DNA of 64,000 nt from Dehalococcoidia bacterium. GTDB lineage: Bacteria; Chloroflexota; Dehalococcoidia; Bin125. Position numbers and translations under genes: made by a program. The stretch covers positions 1-64,000 of the forward strand of contig CAXXRD010000004.1 in NCBI GenBank assembly GCA_963663895.2, written 5' to 3'. The notes below the pieces were generated by a model that worked only from the letters and a program-made list of their open reading frames with translations, was not told the DNA's origin and ran no database searches. This document shows, one piece after another, positions 10,287 through 20,019 of the stretch (position 1 is its first letter; each line of letters begins with the position of its first letter).

Positions 10287-11099
10287 GTGACGAAGCGCAT
10301 CAAGGTAGTAGCGTGCACGGGCGAGGAGAACACGGCGAAGTACCAGATCCCGCCGGAGATCATCAGTCCAGGCTTCACGGTGGACTTCGAGACGACGCGG
10401 TTCCCGGTCTGGCCGGACAATTACGTCGACTACCGGTTGGTGCAGCTCAGCATCTTGGACGTGGCGCTGTCGGCCGAGCGAGAGGGGTTCGACGCGGTCT
10501 TCGTCTGTGACAGCACGGACCTGGGCTTGGCCGAGGTGCGAAGCGCGCTCACGATCCCCGTGGTCGGCGGCGGGCAGGCGACGCTGCAAGTGGGGCTGGC
10601 GTTGGGGCGGCGGCTGGGCATCGTCACGGTGTGGCCGTCCGATGTGCGCTTCTGGTACGACGACATGCTGCGCGAGTACGAGCTGAGCGACAAGCTGGCC
10701 GGCGTGCGACACATCACGCGCTACGACGAGCTGCAGACCCTCGGTTCAGACGAGAGCTGGCTGAAGCGCATGTGGAATCACCAAGACGACTTTCTGGCTC
10801 GCGTCGAGGAGCAGTGCCGCCTCGTCATCGACGAGGACGGAGCGGACGTGGTGATGCTCGGCTGCACCTGCATGGCGGCGATCCGGAATGCGATGCAGGA
10901 GCGGCTTGAGGTGCCGGTGCTGAGCCCGGTGCACACAGGCTATCAGTTGACCGAGCTGCTTGTGCGGCTGGGGCTGCGCCACAGCAAGAAGGCGTTCGGA
11001 CAGATGGGGCCCGTGACGCGCTCGATGATCCACCCCATGATCGAGGAGGCGGCGTCGCGGCAGACGATCATGGAGTTCGCACCCGCCGGCGGCGACTAA
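10287..11099 (+). CDS. Asp/Glu/hydantoin racemase family protein
   Basis: AEREGFDAVFVCDSTD and DGADVVMLGCTCM give the two catalytic Cys positions. GTG start behind GGAGGG. Confidence 0.85.
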   Translation: MTKRIKVVACTGEENTAKYQIPPEIISPGFTVDFETTRFPVWPDNYVDYRLVQLSILDVALSAEREGFDAVFVCDSTDLGLAEVRSALTIPVVGGGQATLQVGLALGRRLGIVTVWPSDVRFWYDDMLREYELSDKLAGVRHITRYDELQTLGSDESWLKRMWNHQDDFLARVEEQCRLVIDEDGADVVMLGCTCMAAIRNAMQERLEVPVLSPVHTGYQLTELLVRLGLRHSKKAFGQMGPVTRSMIHPMIEEAASRQTIMEFAPAGGD

Positions 11100-11217
11100 C
11101 GCTCCCCCACGCGAAACGGCACGAGGCGCCGCAACGAATCAAGCGTTCGCATCGCGGCGCTGGGATCCGTCTCTGGGATCTGGATCGAGGGGCGGGACGA
11201 TCCGTAAGGAGGACGGA

Positions 11218-11577
11218 ATGACGATCGAGACACGCTATATCTTTACGGCGGCGATGGACGTCGCGCCGGAGAAGGAAGCGTTGTTCGAGGAGCTGTACGA
11301 TAACGAGCACATCCCCCTGCTCCGCCAAGTGCCGGGCGTGCTGGCGGTGGCGCGCTTCAAGCGGGAAGAGCTGACGGTGATCATGGGCGGCCAGCGGCAG
11401 CGGATCGTCGTTGCGGACGAGCCGCGGCACAGCGCGATCTACGAGATCGAGAGCCCCGACGTGCTGGTGAGCGATGCTTGGGCGGCGGCGGTTGATCAGG
11501 GACGCTGGCCAGACGATGTGCGGCCGTTCACGTCCAACCGGCGTCCGTCGCTGCGGCGGCGCGTGAATCCCGCGTAA
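11218..11577 (+). CDS. Small dimeric alpha-beta barrel (EthD-like) protein
   Basis: FEELYDNEHIPLLRQVPGVLAVARF...AIYEIES pattern, with a strong AAGGAGG RBS. Confidence 0.7.
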   Translation: MTIETRYIFTAAMDVAPEKEALFEELYDNEHIPLLRQVPGVLAVARFKREELTVIMGGQRQRIVVADEPRHSAIYEIESPDVLVSDAWAAAVDQGRWPDDVRPFTSNRRPSLRRRVNPA

Positions 11578-11580
11578 GAG

Positions 11581-13047
11581 CTAGGCCGCCGCGATCTGGT
11601 GGAGCTTGAGGAAATTGGTAGGCATGCCCTGACCGAGCGGCAGCCCGCCGACGACCACCACGCTGTCGCCGCCGTCACAGTCCAGGGTGACGCGCGCGAT
11701 GCGGTCGACGGTGGCGAGCATGCTCTCGAGGTCGCGGGGCGGGGGGCAGCGGACGGGCTGCACGCCCCAGAGCAGGGCCGCGCGCTGCTCGACACCCGCC
11801 TCCGGCGCGAGCACAAGGACGGGCACGCTCATGCGGTCCTTGGCGATCAGGCGGCCGGTGTAGCCGCTGACCGTGAAGGCGATCACGCCACGGACCACGG
11901 GGTTCTTTTCGACGATCTGCCGGACGGCCCAGCTGATGCCGCGGGAGGGGTCGCCGGCCCATTCCTGCCCGAAGGTCGGGGAATCTCGTTCGCTTTCCTC
12001 CGCCTCCGCGCGCCGGGCGATGCGGTCCATCATCTGAACGCTCTCGAGGGGATAGGCGCCGACCGCCGTCTCCGCCGAGAGCATGAGGGCATCGGTGCCG
12101 TCCCAGACGGCGTTGGCGATGTCGCTGGCCTCGGCACGCGTGGGGCGGGCGCGGGTCACCATGCTCTCCAACATCTGCGTGGCCGTGATCACGGGGACGA
12201 TCTTGCGGCGCGCCGCCTGGATGATGCGCCTTTGCCAAACGGGGACGTTCTCCGCCCCGACCTCCACGCCCAGATCGCCGCGAGCGACCATGACGCCATC
12301 GGCAGCGGCAACGATCGGGTCCAGCTCCTCGAGGGCATGGGCGTTCTCGATCTTGGCGATGATCTCGATTCCGGATGCGCGCGCCTCAAGCTCGCGGCGC
12401 ACGAGCCCAATATCGCCGACGTTGCGTACGAACGACATCGCCAAATAGTCGAGCCCCTGCTCGACGGCGAAGGCGATATCGGCGCGGTCCTTGTCCGTGA
12501 GCGGAGGCAAACGCAGCGCCACGCCCGGCACGTTCATCCCTGCACGGCTCGTGAGCAGACCGCCACTCCGCACCTCCGTGTTGATCAGGGCGTCGCCGCT
12601 GCTGATCACTTCGAGCTCGATCTCCCCATCGCGGAGGAAGATGCGATCGCCGGGGCGAACGTCACCGGCAAGCCCTGGGTAGTCGCAACCGATGACGCCG
12701 GCGGGGAGGGGAGCAGTGGGGGCGGTGGTGAGGCGGATGGGGAGCCCGGGAGTCAATTGGACAGGCTCGGACAGCGGCCCGATGCGGATTTTGGGACCCT
12801 GCAGGTCACCGAGGATGGCGATGGGGCGGCCCGCAGCCTCCTGCGCTTCACGCACGAAGCGCACGAGCTCCTTCAAGCTCGCATGGTCGCCGTGGGAGAA
12901 GTTGAGCCGCGCCACGTCGAGGCCGGCCGCGACCAGAGCGCGGATCATTTCGGGCTGGGAGGAGGCGGGGCCGAGCGTGGCAACGATCTTGGCGCCGCGC
13001 CGGCGCGGGCTGGGCGTGGAGAGATCGGCTGCCGTCATCGCCGCCAT
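11581..13047 (-). CDS. pyk: Pyruvate kinase
   Basis: KIVATLGPAS, RLNFSHG, DLQGPKIR, MVARGDLGVE, ATQMLESM and MLSAETA. Confidence 0.97.
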   Translation of the reverse strand: MAAMTAADLSTPSPRRRGAKIVATLGPASSQPEMIRALVAAGLDVARLNFSHGDHASLKELVRFVREAQEAAGRPIAILGDLQGPKIRIGPLSEPVQLTPGLPIRLTTAPTAPLPAGVIGCDYPGLAGDVRPGDRIFLRDGEIELEVISSGDALINTEVRSGGLLTSRAGMNVPGVALRLPPLTDKDRADIAFAVEQGLDYLAMSFVRNVGDIGLVRRELEARASGIEIIAKIENAHALEELDPIVAAADGVMVARGDLGVEVGAENVPVWQRRIIQAARRKIVPVITATQMLESMVTRARPTRAEASDIANAVWDGTDALMLSAETAVGAYPLESVQMMDRIARRAEAEESERDSPTFGQEWAGDPSRGISWAVRQIVEKNPVVRGVIAFTVSGYTGRLIAKDRMSVPVLVLAPEAGVEQRAALLWGVQPVRCPPPRDLESMLATVDRIARVTLDCDGGDSVVVVGGLPLGQGMPTNFLKLHQIAAA

Positions 13048-13098
13048 CCTAGCGGGGGGCGCCGCGCGCTTTTGTCATAGAAAATCCCATGGTGACTC

Positions 13099-14064
13099 CT
13101 AGGCGATCAGAGCGATCCCGCCCACGGCGATGCCGGTACCGATCGCAACCCAGATGGTGATCTTCTCCTTGAGGAAGATGGCTCCCAAGGGCAGCCCGAA
13201 CAGCGGGGCGGTCGCGAAGAGGACGGCATTGGGCCCGGCGCCGATCTCCTGCACCGCATAGATGAAGAGAATGCCGGAGAGGCCCAGCGAGATGACGCCG
13301 GAGGCAGCGATAAAGACCACGCCACGGCGATCGACGGCCCGCCGCCGAATCGCGCTCCGAGGCATGAAGCTGATGATCAGACACCAGATCGCGGCGATGA
13401 CCGGAACGCGCACGGCATGCACCGCCACGGCGTCGAACCCCTCGGACGAGCTGCGGATCCAGACGCCTTCTTGTCCCCAAGCCAAGCCGACGCCCATGGC
13501 GAGCAGCAAGCCCACGACGAGACGCGGCGCCGTGATGCCGACGACGGGAATCCGAACCGGGGCAGTGAGGCTGTAATCCTTGACGGCCGCGGCACCGGCG
13601 GCTTCGGAGGCTGGCGTGGAAGGCAGCTTCGCCTGCGCACGTCCGTAAAGGACGACCAGATACACGCCGAGCAGGACCATGGCGGAGCCGACGGCGACCT
13701 GCCAATCGACCGATTCGCCCAGCACGATGACCGAGCCAAGGTAGGCGACCATGGTCATCAGGCCCATGATCGTGGGGAACCCGCGCGTCAGGCCGAGCAC
13801 GGCGATGGCGGCGATGAAGAGCGGCTCCCCCAGCACCATGGAGATGGTGCCGGCGCCGATGAACTGCGCCAGGTCTCCGACGCCCATGCGGGCGACATCG
13901 TCTTGCGAACCGAGCACGAAGAGGGCGATAACGAGGAAGATCGCGCCCGCGATCATGCGGATCAAGACCATGGAATAAGGGTCGAGACGGCGCGCGTAGG
14001 AGGCGACGAACGTGCTGGAAATTGCGAAGCTGGAAGCCGCGCCTAGAGAGGCGAGGACCCCCAC
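13099..14064 (-). CDS. DMT/EamA family transporter
   Basis: About 10 hydrophobic helices in two EamA repeats, ending LGAIFLKEKIT. Confidence 0.88.
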   Translation of the reverse strand: MGVLASLGAASSFAISSTFVASYARRLDPYSMVLIRMIAGAIFLVIALFVLGSQDDVARMGVGDLAQFIGAGTISMVLGEPLFIAAIAVLGLTRGFPTIMGLMTMVAYLGSVIVLGESVDWQVAVGSAMVLLGVYLVVLYGRAQAKLPSTPASEAAGAAAVKDYSLTAPVRIPVVGITAPRLVVGLLLAMGVGLAWGQEGVWIRSSSEGFDAVAVHAVRVPVIAAIWCLIISFMPRSAIRRRAVDRRGVVFIAASGVISLGLSGILFIYAVQEIGAGPNAVLFATAPLFGLPLGAIFLKEKITIWVAIGTGIAVGGIALIA

Positions 14065-14355
14065 CTAGCGCCGACGATTCGGGGAACGGCGCGATGGCGC
14101 GAGCGGCGGGAAGGTGGGTCGAGCGAACATGGCAATACGCAGCTTAGGCGACCGGAGCCCTATCCGCCTTCCTTGCCGGGCGCACCGCCAGGCCACCGAT
14201 CCGTGCGAGCGGGCGGACCTCCTCGCCGCTGGGACAAGGCGCGGCCCAGGCGATCGAGATACCCGCTTGCCCGCGCCCGGAGATCGCCTACTACAATGGC
14301 AGCCCGATCTCATAAGTGCGCCTCCCGGAGGCGGTTATAGAAGGAGCCGGCGCCG

Positions 14356-15588
14356 ATGACAGTAGGACCCCTGACGGGGATCAAGATGATCGAGTGCAGC
14401 ACCTGGGGTTTCGGACCGATCGGCGGGATGATGCTGGGCGACCTGGGCGCCGACATCATCAAGATCGAAAGTCCGACGCGCCCGGACGCCGCGCGGCACG
14501 TGCTGAACATCGCGGGTATCGACAACCGCATGCCGGGCGACCGCAGCGCGCTGTTCGCCACGGTGAATCGGAATAAGCGGTCGCTAGCCTTGGACCTGAA
14601 GACCCCCAAGGGGCAGGAGGTGTTCAAGGATCTGATCAAGGGCACGGACATCCTGCTGGAGAACTACCGCCCCGGCGTCTTCGACAAGATGGGGCTCGGC
14701 TACGACGTGCTCTCGAAGATCAACCCGGCCTTGATCTACGCCGCGACCGCGGGCTACGGCTTCAAGGGCGCCGAGGCGAACAAGCCGGCGCTGGACGCCG
14801 TCGGGCAGGCGCGCTCGGGCTTCATGTACACGATGGGAGCGCCGGGCGACCCGCCCAACTGGAACACGATGGGGGTGGCGGACGTGATGGGGGCGGGGAT
14901 GCTGGCCTATGGGATGCTGGCCGCCCTCTCGGCGCGGGAGCTGCAGGGCGGCAAGGGGCAGCGGGTGGAAGTCTCGCACATCATGGCGAACATGTGGCTC
15001 TCGTACTGGGGGATCGCCGTCTCGATGCTGAAGGGCTACGAGGACTGGCCGCGCTTCGATCGCAAGAGCGCCGGCAACCCGCTCTGGAACCTGTACGAGT
15101 GCGGCGACGGCGAGTGGATCATGCTGGGGATCGTGGAGTACGACCGGCACTGGCCGGGATTCTGCGACGTGATGGAGTTGGGCGACGTGGTGGCCGACCC
15201 GCGCTTCCAGAACCTGGAGACGCTGGCCGACGGCAACGCCCCCGAGCTCGTGGCGCTGCTCGACGAGACGTTCGCGCGAGAGAACCGTGACGTGTGGGAG
15301 GAGCGGCTGGGCCGCAACCCCGATCTGATCTTCACGCGCGTCCAGCACATCGGCGACCTGCCGAGCGACCCGGCCGTGATCGCGAACGATTACCTCGTGG
15401 ACCGCGATCACAAGCACTTCGGCAAGATCAAGATGCTCTCGCACCCGGTCAACTTGACCGAGACGCCCGCCTCGATCCACTGCGACGCGCCCGATCTGGG
15501 CGAGCATTCCGCCGAAGTGCTGAAGGAGCGTCTGGGCTACGACGACGAGCAGATCGCCGATCTAGTGATCGAAGGCGTCGTCGCCTAG
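14356..15588 (+). CDS. Class III CoA-transferase (CaiB/BaiF family)
   Basis: LGDLGADIIKIE, NRNKRSLALDLK, ENYRPG, catalytic Asp in GVADVM, and APDLGEHS. Confidence 0.93.
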   Translation: MTVGPLTGIKMIECSTWGFGPIGGMMLGDLGADIIKIESPTRPDAARHVLNIAGIDNRMPGDRSALFATVNRNKRSLALDLKTPKGQEVFKDLIKGTDILLENYRPGVFDKMGLGYDVLSKINPALIYAATAGYGFKGAEANKPALDAVGQARSGFMYTMGAPGDPPNWNTMGVADVMGAGMLAYGMLAALSARELQGGKGQRVEVSHIMANMWLSYWGIAVSMLKGYEDWPRFDRKSAGNPLWNLYECGDGEWIMLGIVEYDRHWPGFCDVMELGDVVADPRFQNLETLADGNAPELVALLDETFARENRDVWEERLGRNPDLIFTRVQHIGDLPSDPAVIANDYLVDRDHKHFGKIKMLSHPVNLTETPASIHCDAPDLGEHSAEVLKERLGYDDEQIADLVIEGVVA

Positions 15589-15645
15589 AGAGCGCGCAGC
15601 AGGCACGCCCCCTCGGGCGCGGACTCCGTGTCCGGCCCGGGCGAG

Positions 15646-16221
15646 CTAGCCCGCGTAGGTCCAGCCGGTGTAGACGGAGGTGAGGGGGTCGCCGTCGCGA
15701 AGGAGGCGGCCCTCCACGACGCGGCCCACGGCCAGGGTGTGATCGCCGACCGGTTGGAGTTGCTCCAACTCGCAGCGCAGCCAGGCCAAGGCGTCGTCCA
15801 GGATGGGGCAGCCGCGGTCGTCCAGGGTGTGGGCCACGCCGTCGAGCTTGCGGTGCAGCTGCGCGGCCGCTTGATCGCTGCGGCCCTTGATCTTGGAGCC
15901 GTCGCGGGGCTGGAGGAAGGCGGACGCCAGCTCCATCCCGTCCTCGTGCAGAAGATTCACCGTGAAAGCCTCGCTGTGGCGGACGTTGGCTAAGGTGGTG
16001 GAGTCGTTTTCGAGCGCGACGGCGATCAGGCGCGGATCGAAGGAAACCTGCATCACCCAGTCGGCGATCATGGCGTTGGGATCGCCGTCACGGGTGGAGC
16101 CGATGACGTGGATGCCGTAGGCGAGCGCGTGCATCGCTTCCCGCGTGCGGTCGGCGGCGCTGAATTCCCGCTTGGGCGGCACCTGGAAGCCGGGCGGCAG
16201 GTCGTGGAGGTCCTGTGACAT
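15646..16221 (-). CDS. Flavin reductase-like protein
   Basis: QVSFDPRLIAV, FTVNLL, GCPILDDALAWLRC and GDHTLAVGRVV. Confidence 0.88.
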   Translation of the reverse strand: MSQDLHDLPPGFQVPPKREFSAADRTREAMHALAYGIHVIGSTRDGDPNAMIADWVMQVSFDPRLIAVALENDSTTLANVRHSEAFTVNLLHEDGMELASAFLQPRDGSKIKGRSDQAAAQLHRKLDGVAHTLDDRGCPILDDALAWLRCELEQLQPVGDHTLAVGRVVEGRLLRDGDPLTSVYTGWTYAG

Positions 16222-16356
16222 CGCTGCGTTTTCCTGGCTCACAGTGTAGGCGAGGCCGTCCGGTTGCTCGCCGGATCCCACTCGCGCCGGACGACCGAGG
16301 CCGCTCGCGCGGAAATCCTCAAGGACGACTGCGACCCGCGAGCGGCGCGAGGCGCT

Positions 16357-16518
16357 ATGAACATCTCCAGCAGCAAAGTCATGGTTGTCGCCTTCACCTT
16401 CGGCGCGCCGGTGCTGGCCGGGGTGACGTGGCTGATCTGTGACGCGCCGGTCCTCGCCTGGCGCGCGATCCAGCAGAACGTGGAAAGAGAGCGGACGCGG
16501 CGGTCGCGGGAGCGCTAG
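16357..16518 (+). CDS. Small hypothetical membrane protein (53 aa)
   Basis: GAGG RBS and ATG, one hydrophobic stretch, Arg-rich tail. Confidence 0.4.
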   Translation: MNISSSKVMVVAFTFGAPVLAGVTWLICDAPVLAWRAIQQNVERERTRRSRER

Positions 16519-16752
16519 GGGCAGCTAGACCCGCGCCGCCCTTGTCTTGCACGCCCATGCGCGGCGGCGCAAAATGCTGCGGCGATTTGGTGGTTACGGC
16601 GGGTTGGGGGGCTCGAAGAGGCTGCGGGCGATGGCGATGACGGCGTCGACGTTGATCCCGCGCCGGACGGTCGGCGATCACGTGCGTCATTGAGGGGATC
16701 CACCGCAGCCGTACCAAGGGACGCGCCGTCGCTCTGTTTGAGGTGTGAGGGA

Positions 16753-18603
16753 TCAGGGGGCGGGCGCCGGTTCGCCTTTGGCCCAGCGCAGGTAGTCGCT
16801 CAGCGCCCAGCCCTCCGCGCCGTCGTCACTCCGCACGCGCAGCCAGACGCATGACTGCCCTCTCGAGCATCCGGAGTCACTGGTCGCGGTGTGAGTGCCC
16901 TCCCCGAACCAGTACCGCCTGTGAGCGCCCTCCTCGATAAAGTGCGGCCAGTGGGTTTGCTGGGATTCCACCGTCTCGACGATCGACCCGTCGGGAAGGC
17001 AGGTCACGCGCGCGGACTCCGTCAACGGCTCATCACGGATGTTCAGGCACATGCCATCTGCAACGACCTGGAGCAGCAGGCGGTCATCGAACGTCCGACG
17101 TTCGATGACCGGCGGAAGAACGGAACGCAGGATGGTGAGCGATCCGCAACAGTTGTCGTAGACAGTGAAGACCACTTCGTTGTTGGTTGCGCCCCAGCGA
17201 CTTGCCACCGAGATTCCCCAGGGACTATCGATCTCGACACCCACTGATGCGAGCACGGTGCCGGCTGCATCGGCGACGGTCAGGTTGCTCAGCAGGAAGC
17301 GCAGTGGCTCTCCCGGACCCGGCACGAACCGGCGGTTCTGCAGCGTGTTCGGCAGGGGCGACCAGCGGCCGTCCGCGGTCACGATGCGATCGCCCGCCAC
17401 GGTTCTGACAACCAAGCCCTCGCTGTGGGGGAGCCAGAGCGTATGGGGATAAATCTTAAAGAAGGATAGGGTCCGGACTCTCAATAAGTCCCAGAAGGCT
17501 CCCTTGACGCGGAACAGCGCATCGCCGGTGACCGCATCGAAGACGGAGACGGCCGTGAGCTGCGTGAGGGACCCCGTGAAAACAGCACTGACTCGCTTTG
17601 TCAGGGTGATGGCTGCGATGCGACGCCCGTCCGGCGAAAGGTAGGGCCCTTGCCATGGCTCTCCCGCCCGGATGTCGGAGGTACACGCGAAGGAGGCGTC
17701 GGAGAGGACCTGCGCAGCCCAGTCGTAGCGCACCACGCGGCATGTCGCATCCTCCCTTGTGTCCCTCCCGATCACGGCGAAGCCGTCTCCCGACGAAAAG
17801 ACGCCAACGTGGTACCCACCGGCGTCCCCGGCGGAGGACGCACCGAAGGGCGCCATGCCGACAGGCGGGCGAAACGCCGTGACCGCGCCTCTGTCCAGCC
17901 CGATGGCGTGGAAGGCCTCTCCATCGAAGAGGAGCAGGCTCCGCCCGTCGGGGCTCTCCCACGCGCGCTCGCGGCTCCATTCACCGAACCATCCACCGAC
18001 CGGTGATGGAAGCTCGAACCACGTATCCGGGGCGACCGCCTCCACCATGACAAACCGCTGAAGGTCAGTCCTGCCTCTGATCCGGCTCGCCGCTCCCGTC
18101 TCGACATTCAGGACGTAGACGCCAAGTTCCGTGATGGCCTCGCCGCGCGAGAGTTCGATGTCGGATACGATTTCGGCTTCGCGGCGGCGAGTCGTGAGAG
18201 GCGTGGGCGCGGGCGTTGCGGCCGCGGCAGAGGTCGCGACCTCAGTCACCGTTGGCGGCGCGGTCGCAGCCGGCGAGGCAATGGACGTCGCCGTCACGGG
18301 TGGGGTGAGACTCGCCGGTGCGGGCGGCTCGACGGGTCCGGTGGTCTTTGGAGCGGGTTCAGTGGGCGCGGATGCCTTCGGCAGAGAGGGCTCGACCGGT
18401 TCCGGGAGTGAGGGATCGGGCGGAGTGATCGACGGTTCCGGAGTCTCCGACGCCGATTCGGGAGTGGCTGGTGCGGGTGGCTCGCCCGGCACGACGGCTA
18501 CAGGATCATCGCCCGAGGAGCCATCGCACGCCGCCAGACTGACCGCCAGCGCCAGCCCGGCTGCAAGCGCGAGTGTCCGGCCCCACGCGCCGTATCTGGC
18601 CAT
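16753..18603 (-). CDS. Lipoprotein with Pro/Thr-rich linker, probable beta-propeller region and C-terminal SH3b-like domain
   Basis: Lipobox LAAC, SPDGR repeats, and CLNIRDEP...WLRVRSDDGAEGWALSDYL. GGGAGG RBS precedes ATG 18603. Confidence 0.7.
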   Translation of the reverse strand: MARYGAWGRTLALAAGLALAVSLAACDGSSGDDPVAVVPGEPPAPATPESASETPEPSITPPDPSLPEPVEPSLPKASAPTEPAPKTTGPVEPPAPASLTPPVTATSIASPAATAPPTVTEVATSAAAATPAPTPLTTRRREAEIVSDIELSRGEAITELGVYVLNVETGAASRIRGRTDLQRFVMVEAVAPDTWFELPSPVGGWFGEWSRERAWESPDGRSLLLFDGEAFHAIGLDRGAVTAFRPPVGMAPFGASSAGDAGGYHVGVFSSGDGFAVIGRDTREDATCRVVRYDWAAQVLSDASFACTSDIRAGEPWQGPYLSPDGRRIAAITLTKRVSAVFTGSLTQLTAVSVFDAVTGDALFRVKGAFWDLLRVRTLSFFKIYPHTLWLPHSEGLVVRTVAGDRIVTADGRWSPLPNTLQNRRFVPGPGEPLRFLLSNLTVADAAGTVLASVGVEIDSPWGISVASRWGATNNEVVFTVYDNCCGSLTILRSVLPPVIERRTFDDRLLLQVVADGMCLNIRDEPLTESARVTCLPDGSIVETVESQQTHWPHFIEEGAHRRYWFGEGTHTATSDSGCSRGQSCVWLRVRSDDGAEGWALSDYLRWAKGEPAPAP

Positions 18604-18697
18604 GCGGCGTCCCCTCCCGGTGGTCCTGTCGAGCTTAACGCTGACGCTACTTGGGGGGTTCCGCCCAGGGCCCAACATCGGGCCGCCCGCGCGCAAG

Positions 18698-18720
18698 TTA
18701 CTGGACCGTCAGTGGACCGC
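18698..18720 (+). repeat. 23-bp repeat copy 2
   Basis: Identical to 4825-4847, and 47 bp from the tRNA-Thr 3' end. Confidence 0.85.
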
Positions 18721-18767
18721 GCGCAGCCCACGAGGCCGTCGTTACGTCACATCGTATCTGGAGGGAG

Positions 18768-18842
18768 TGGAGCCGGCGGGGGGATTCGAACCCTCGACCT
18801 GCTGTTTACGAAACAGCTGCTCTACCTCTGAGCTACACCGGC
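18768..18842 (-). tRNA. tRNA-Thr(CGT)
   Basis: Cloverleaf GCCGGTG-TA-GCTC..GAGC-A-GCTGT-TTCGTAA-ACAGC..GAGGG-TTCGAAT-CCCCC-CGCCGGC-T-CCA. Confidence 0.96.
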
Positions 18843-18943
18843 CTGCTGGCACGATACAAGATGCCGGCGCCTGGGCCGACAGACCTGTGCTGGCGTTATC
18901 GCGAAGGGCGTACAGGGCCCGCAACGGCTGCAGCCGGGCGGCG

Positions 18944-19873
18944 TCAGTCCGGATCGACGAGGGGCACGATCCGGTCCTGGCTCTCGCGGCCGGGCACCTG
19001 GCTCTCGGCGTGGTAGGAGGAGCGGACGAGCGGCCCGGACTCGACGTGCGTGAAGCCGAGCGCGCGCGCCTCGTCGCGGATGGCGTCGAACTCGGCGGGC
19101 GGCAGGTAGCGGGCGACGGGCAGGTGCTTGAGGCTGGGGCGCAGGTACTGGCCGACGGTGAGCACGTCGCAGTCGACGGAGCGGAGGTCGCGCAGCACGG
19201 CGCGAATCTCGTCGCGGGTTTCGCCGAGGCCGACCATGATGCCGCTCTTGGTGACGGGCCGCGGCGACCAGGCGGCGGCGCGACGGAGCAACTCAAGGGA
19301 TTGAGCGTAGTCCGCCTTGTGGCGCACGGCGGGGTAGAGGCGCGGGACGGTCTCCGTGTTGTGGTTGAGCACCTCGGGCTGCACCGCCAGCGTGGTCGCG
19401 AGCGCCTCCCAGTTGCCCTCGAAGTCGGGGATCAGCACCTCGATGGTGGTGGCGGGCGAGAGCCGGCGGATCCAGCGGACGGTGTCCGCGAAGATGGCGG
19501 CCCCGCCGTCGGGGAGGTCGTCGCGGTTGACCGAGGTGACGACGGCGTGCTTGAGGCCCATGCGCTGGACGGCGAGGGCGACGCGCCGCGGCTCGTCGCG
19601 GTCGAGCCCGCTGGGGCGTCCGCTAGTGACCTGGCAGTAGCCGCAGGCCCGGGTACAGGTGTCGCCGAGGATCATGAACGTGGCCGTGCCGCGCCCCCAG
19701 CACTCGGCGAGGTTCGGGCAATGGGCCTCCTCGCAGACGGTGTGCAGGTCGGAGTCGCGCATGATGCCGAGGAGGCGCCGATAGGCGGGGCCCGAGGGCA
19801 CGCGCACCTTGAGCCAGTCGGGCTTGGGTCCCGCCGGATTCGGCGCCAGTGCGGATCGGCTGGGCGGCGGCAT
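18944..19873 (-). CDS. lipA: Lipoyl synthase
   Basis: [20 protein letters not shown] and RSSYHA motifs. Confidence 0.97.
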   Translation of the reverse strand: MPPPSRSALAPNPAGPKPDWLKVRVPSGPAYRRLLGIMRDSDLHTVCEEAHCPNLAECWGRGTATFMILGDTCTRACGYCQVTSGRPSGLDRDEPRRVALAVQRMGLKHAVVTSVNRDDLPDGGAAIFADTVRWIRRLSPATTIEVLIPDFEGNWEALATTLAVQPEVLNHNTETVPRLYPAVRHKADYAQSLELLRRAAAWSPRPVTKSGIMVGLGETRDEIRAVLRDLRSVDCDVLTVGQYLRPSLKHLPVARYLPPAEFDAIRDEARALGFTHVESGPLVRSSYHAESQVPGRESQDRIVPLVDPD

Positions 19874-20019
19874 CGCCGTCCGATCGTAGCAGCCCAACCC
19901 CGGCCGCCGGGCGATGCGCGGGGACGCCTCCGCCGGCGCGGCCCTGCCGGGAGGCGTATCGTGGCGCTGTGTAGCGGGATCGACCGCGCGCGCGCCGGCG
20001 ACGGGGGTAGGGTGCAGTC

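Noticed and set aside
11160-11190. Short repeated TGGGATC motifs upstream of the EthD-like gene
   Set aside because: Too short and irregular to distinguish from chance.
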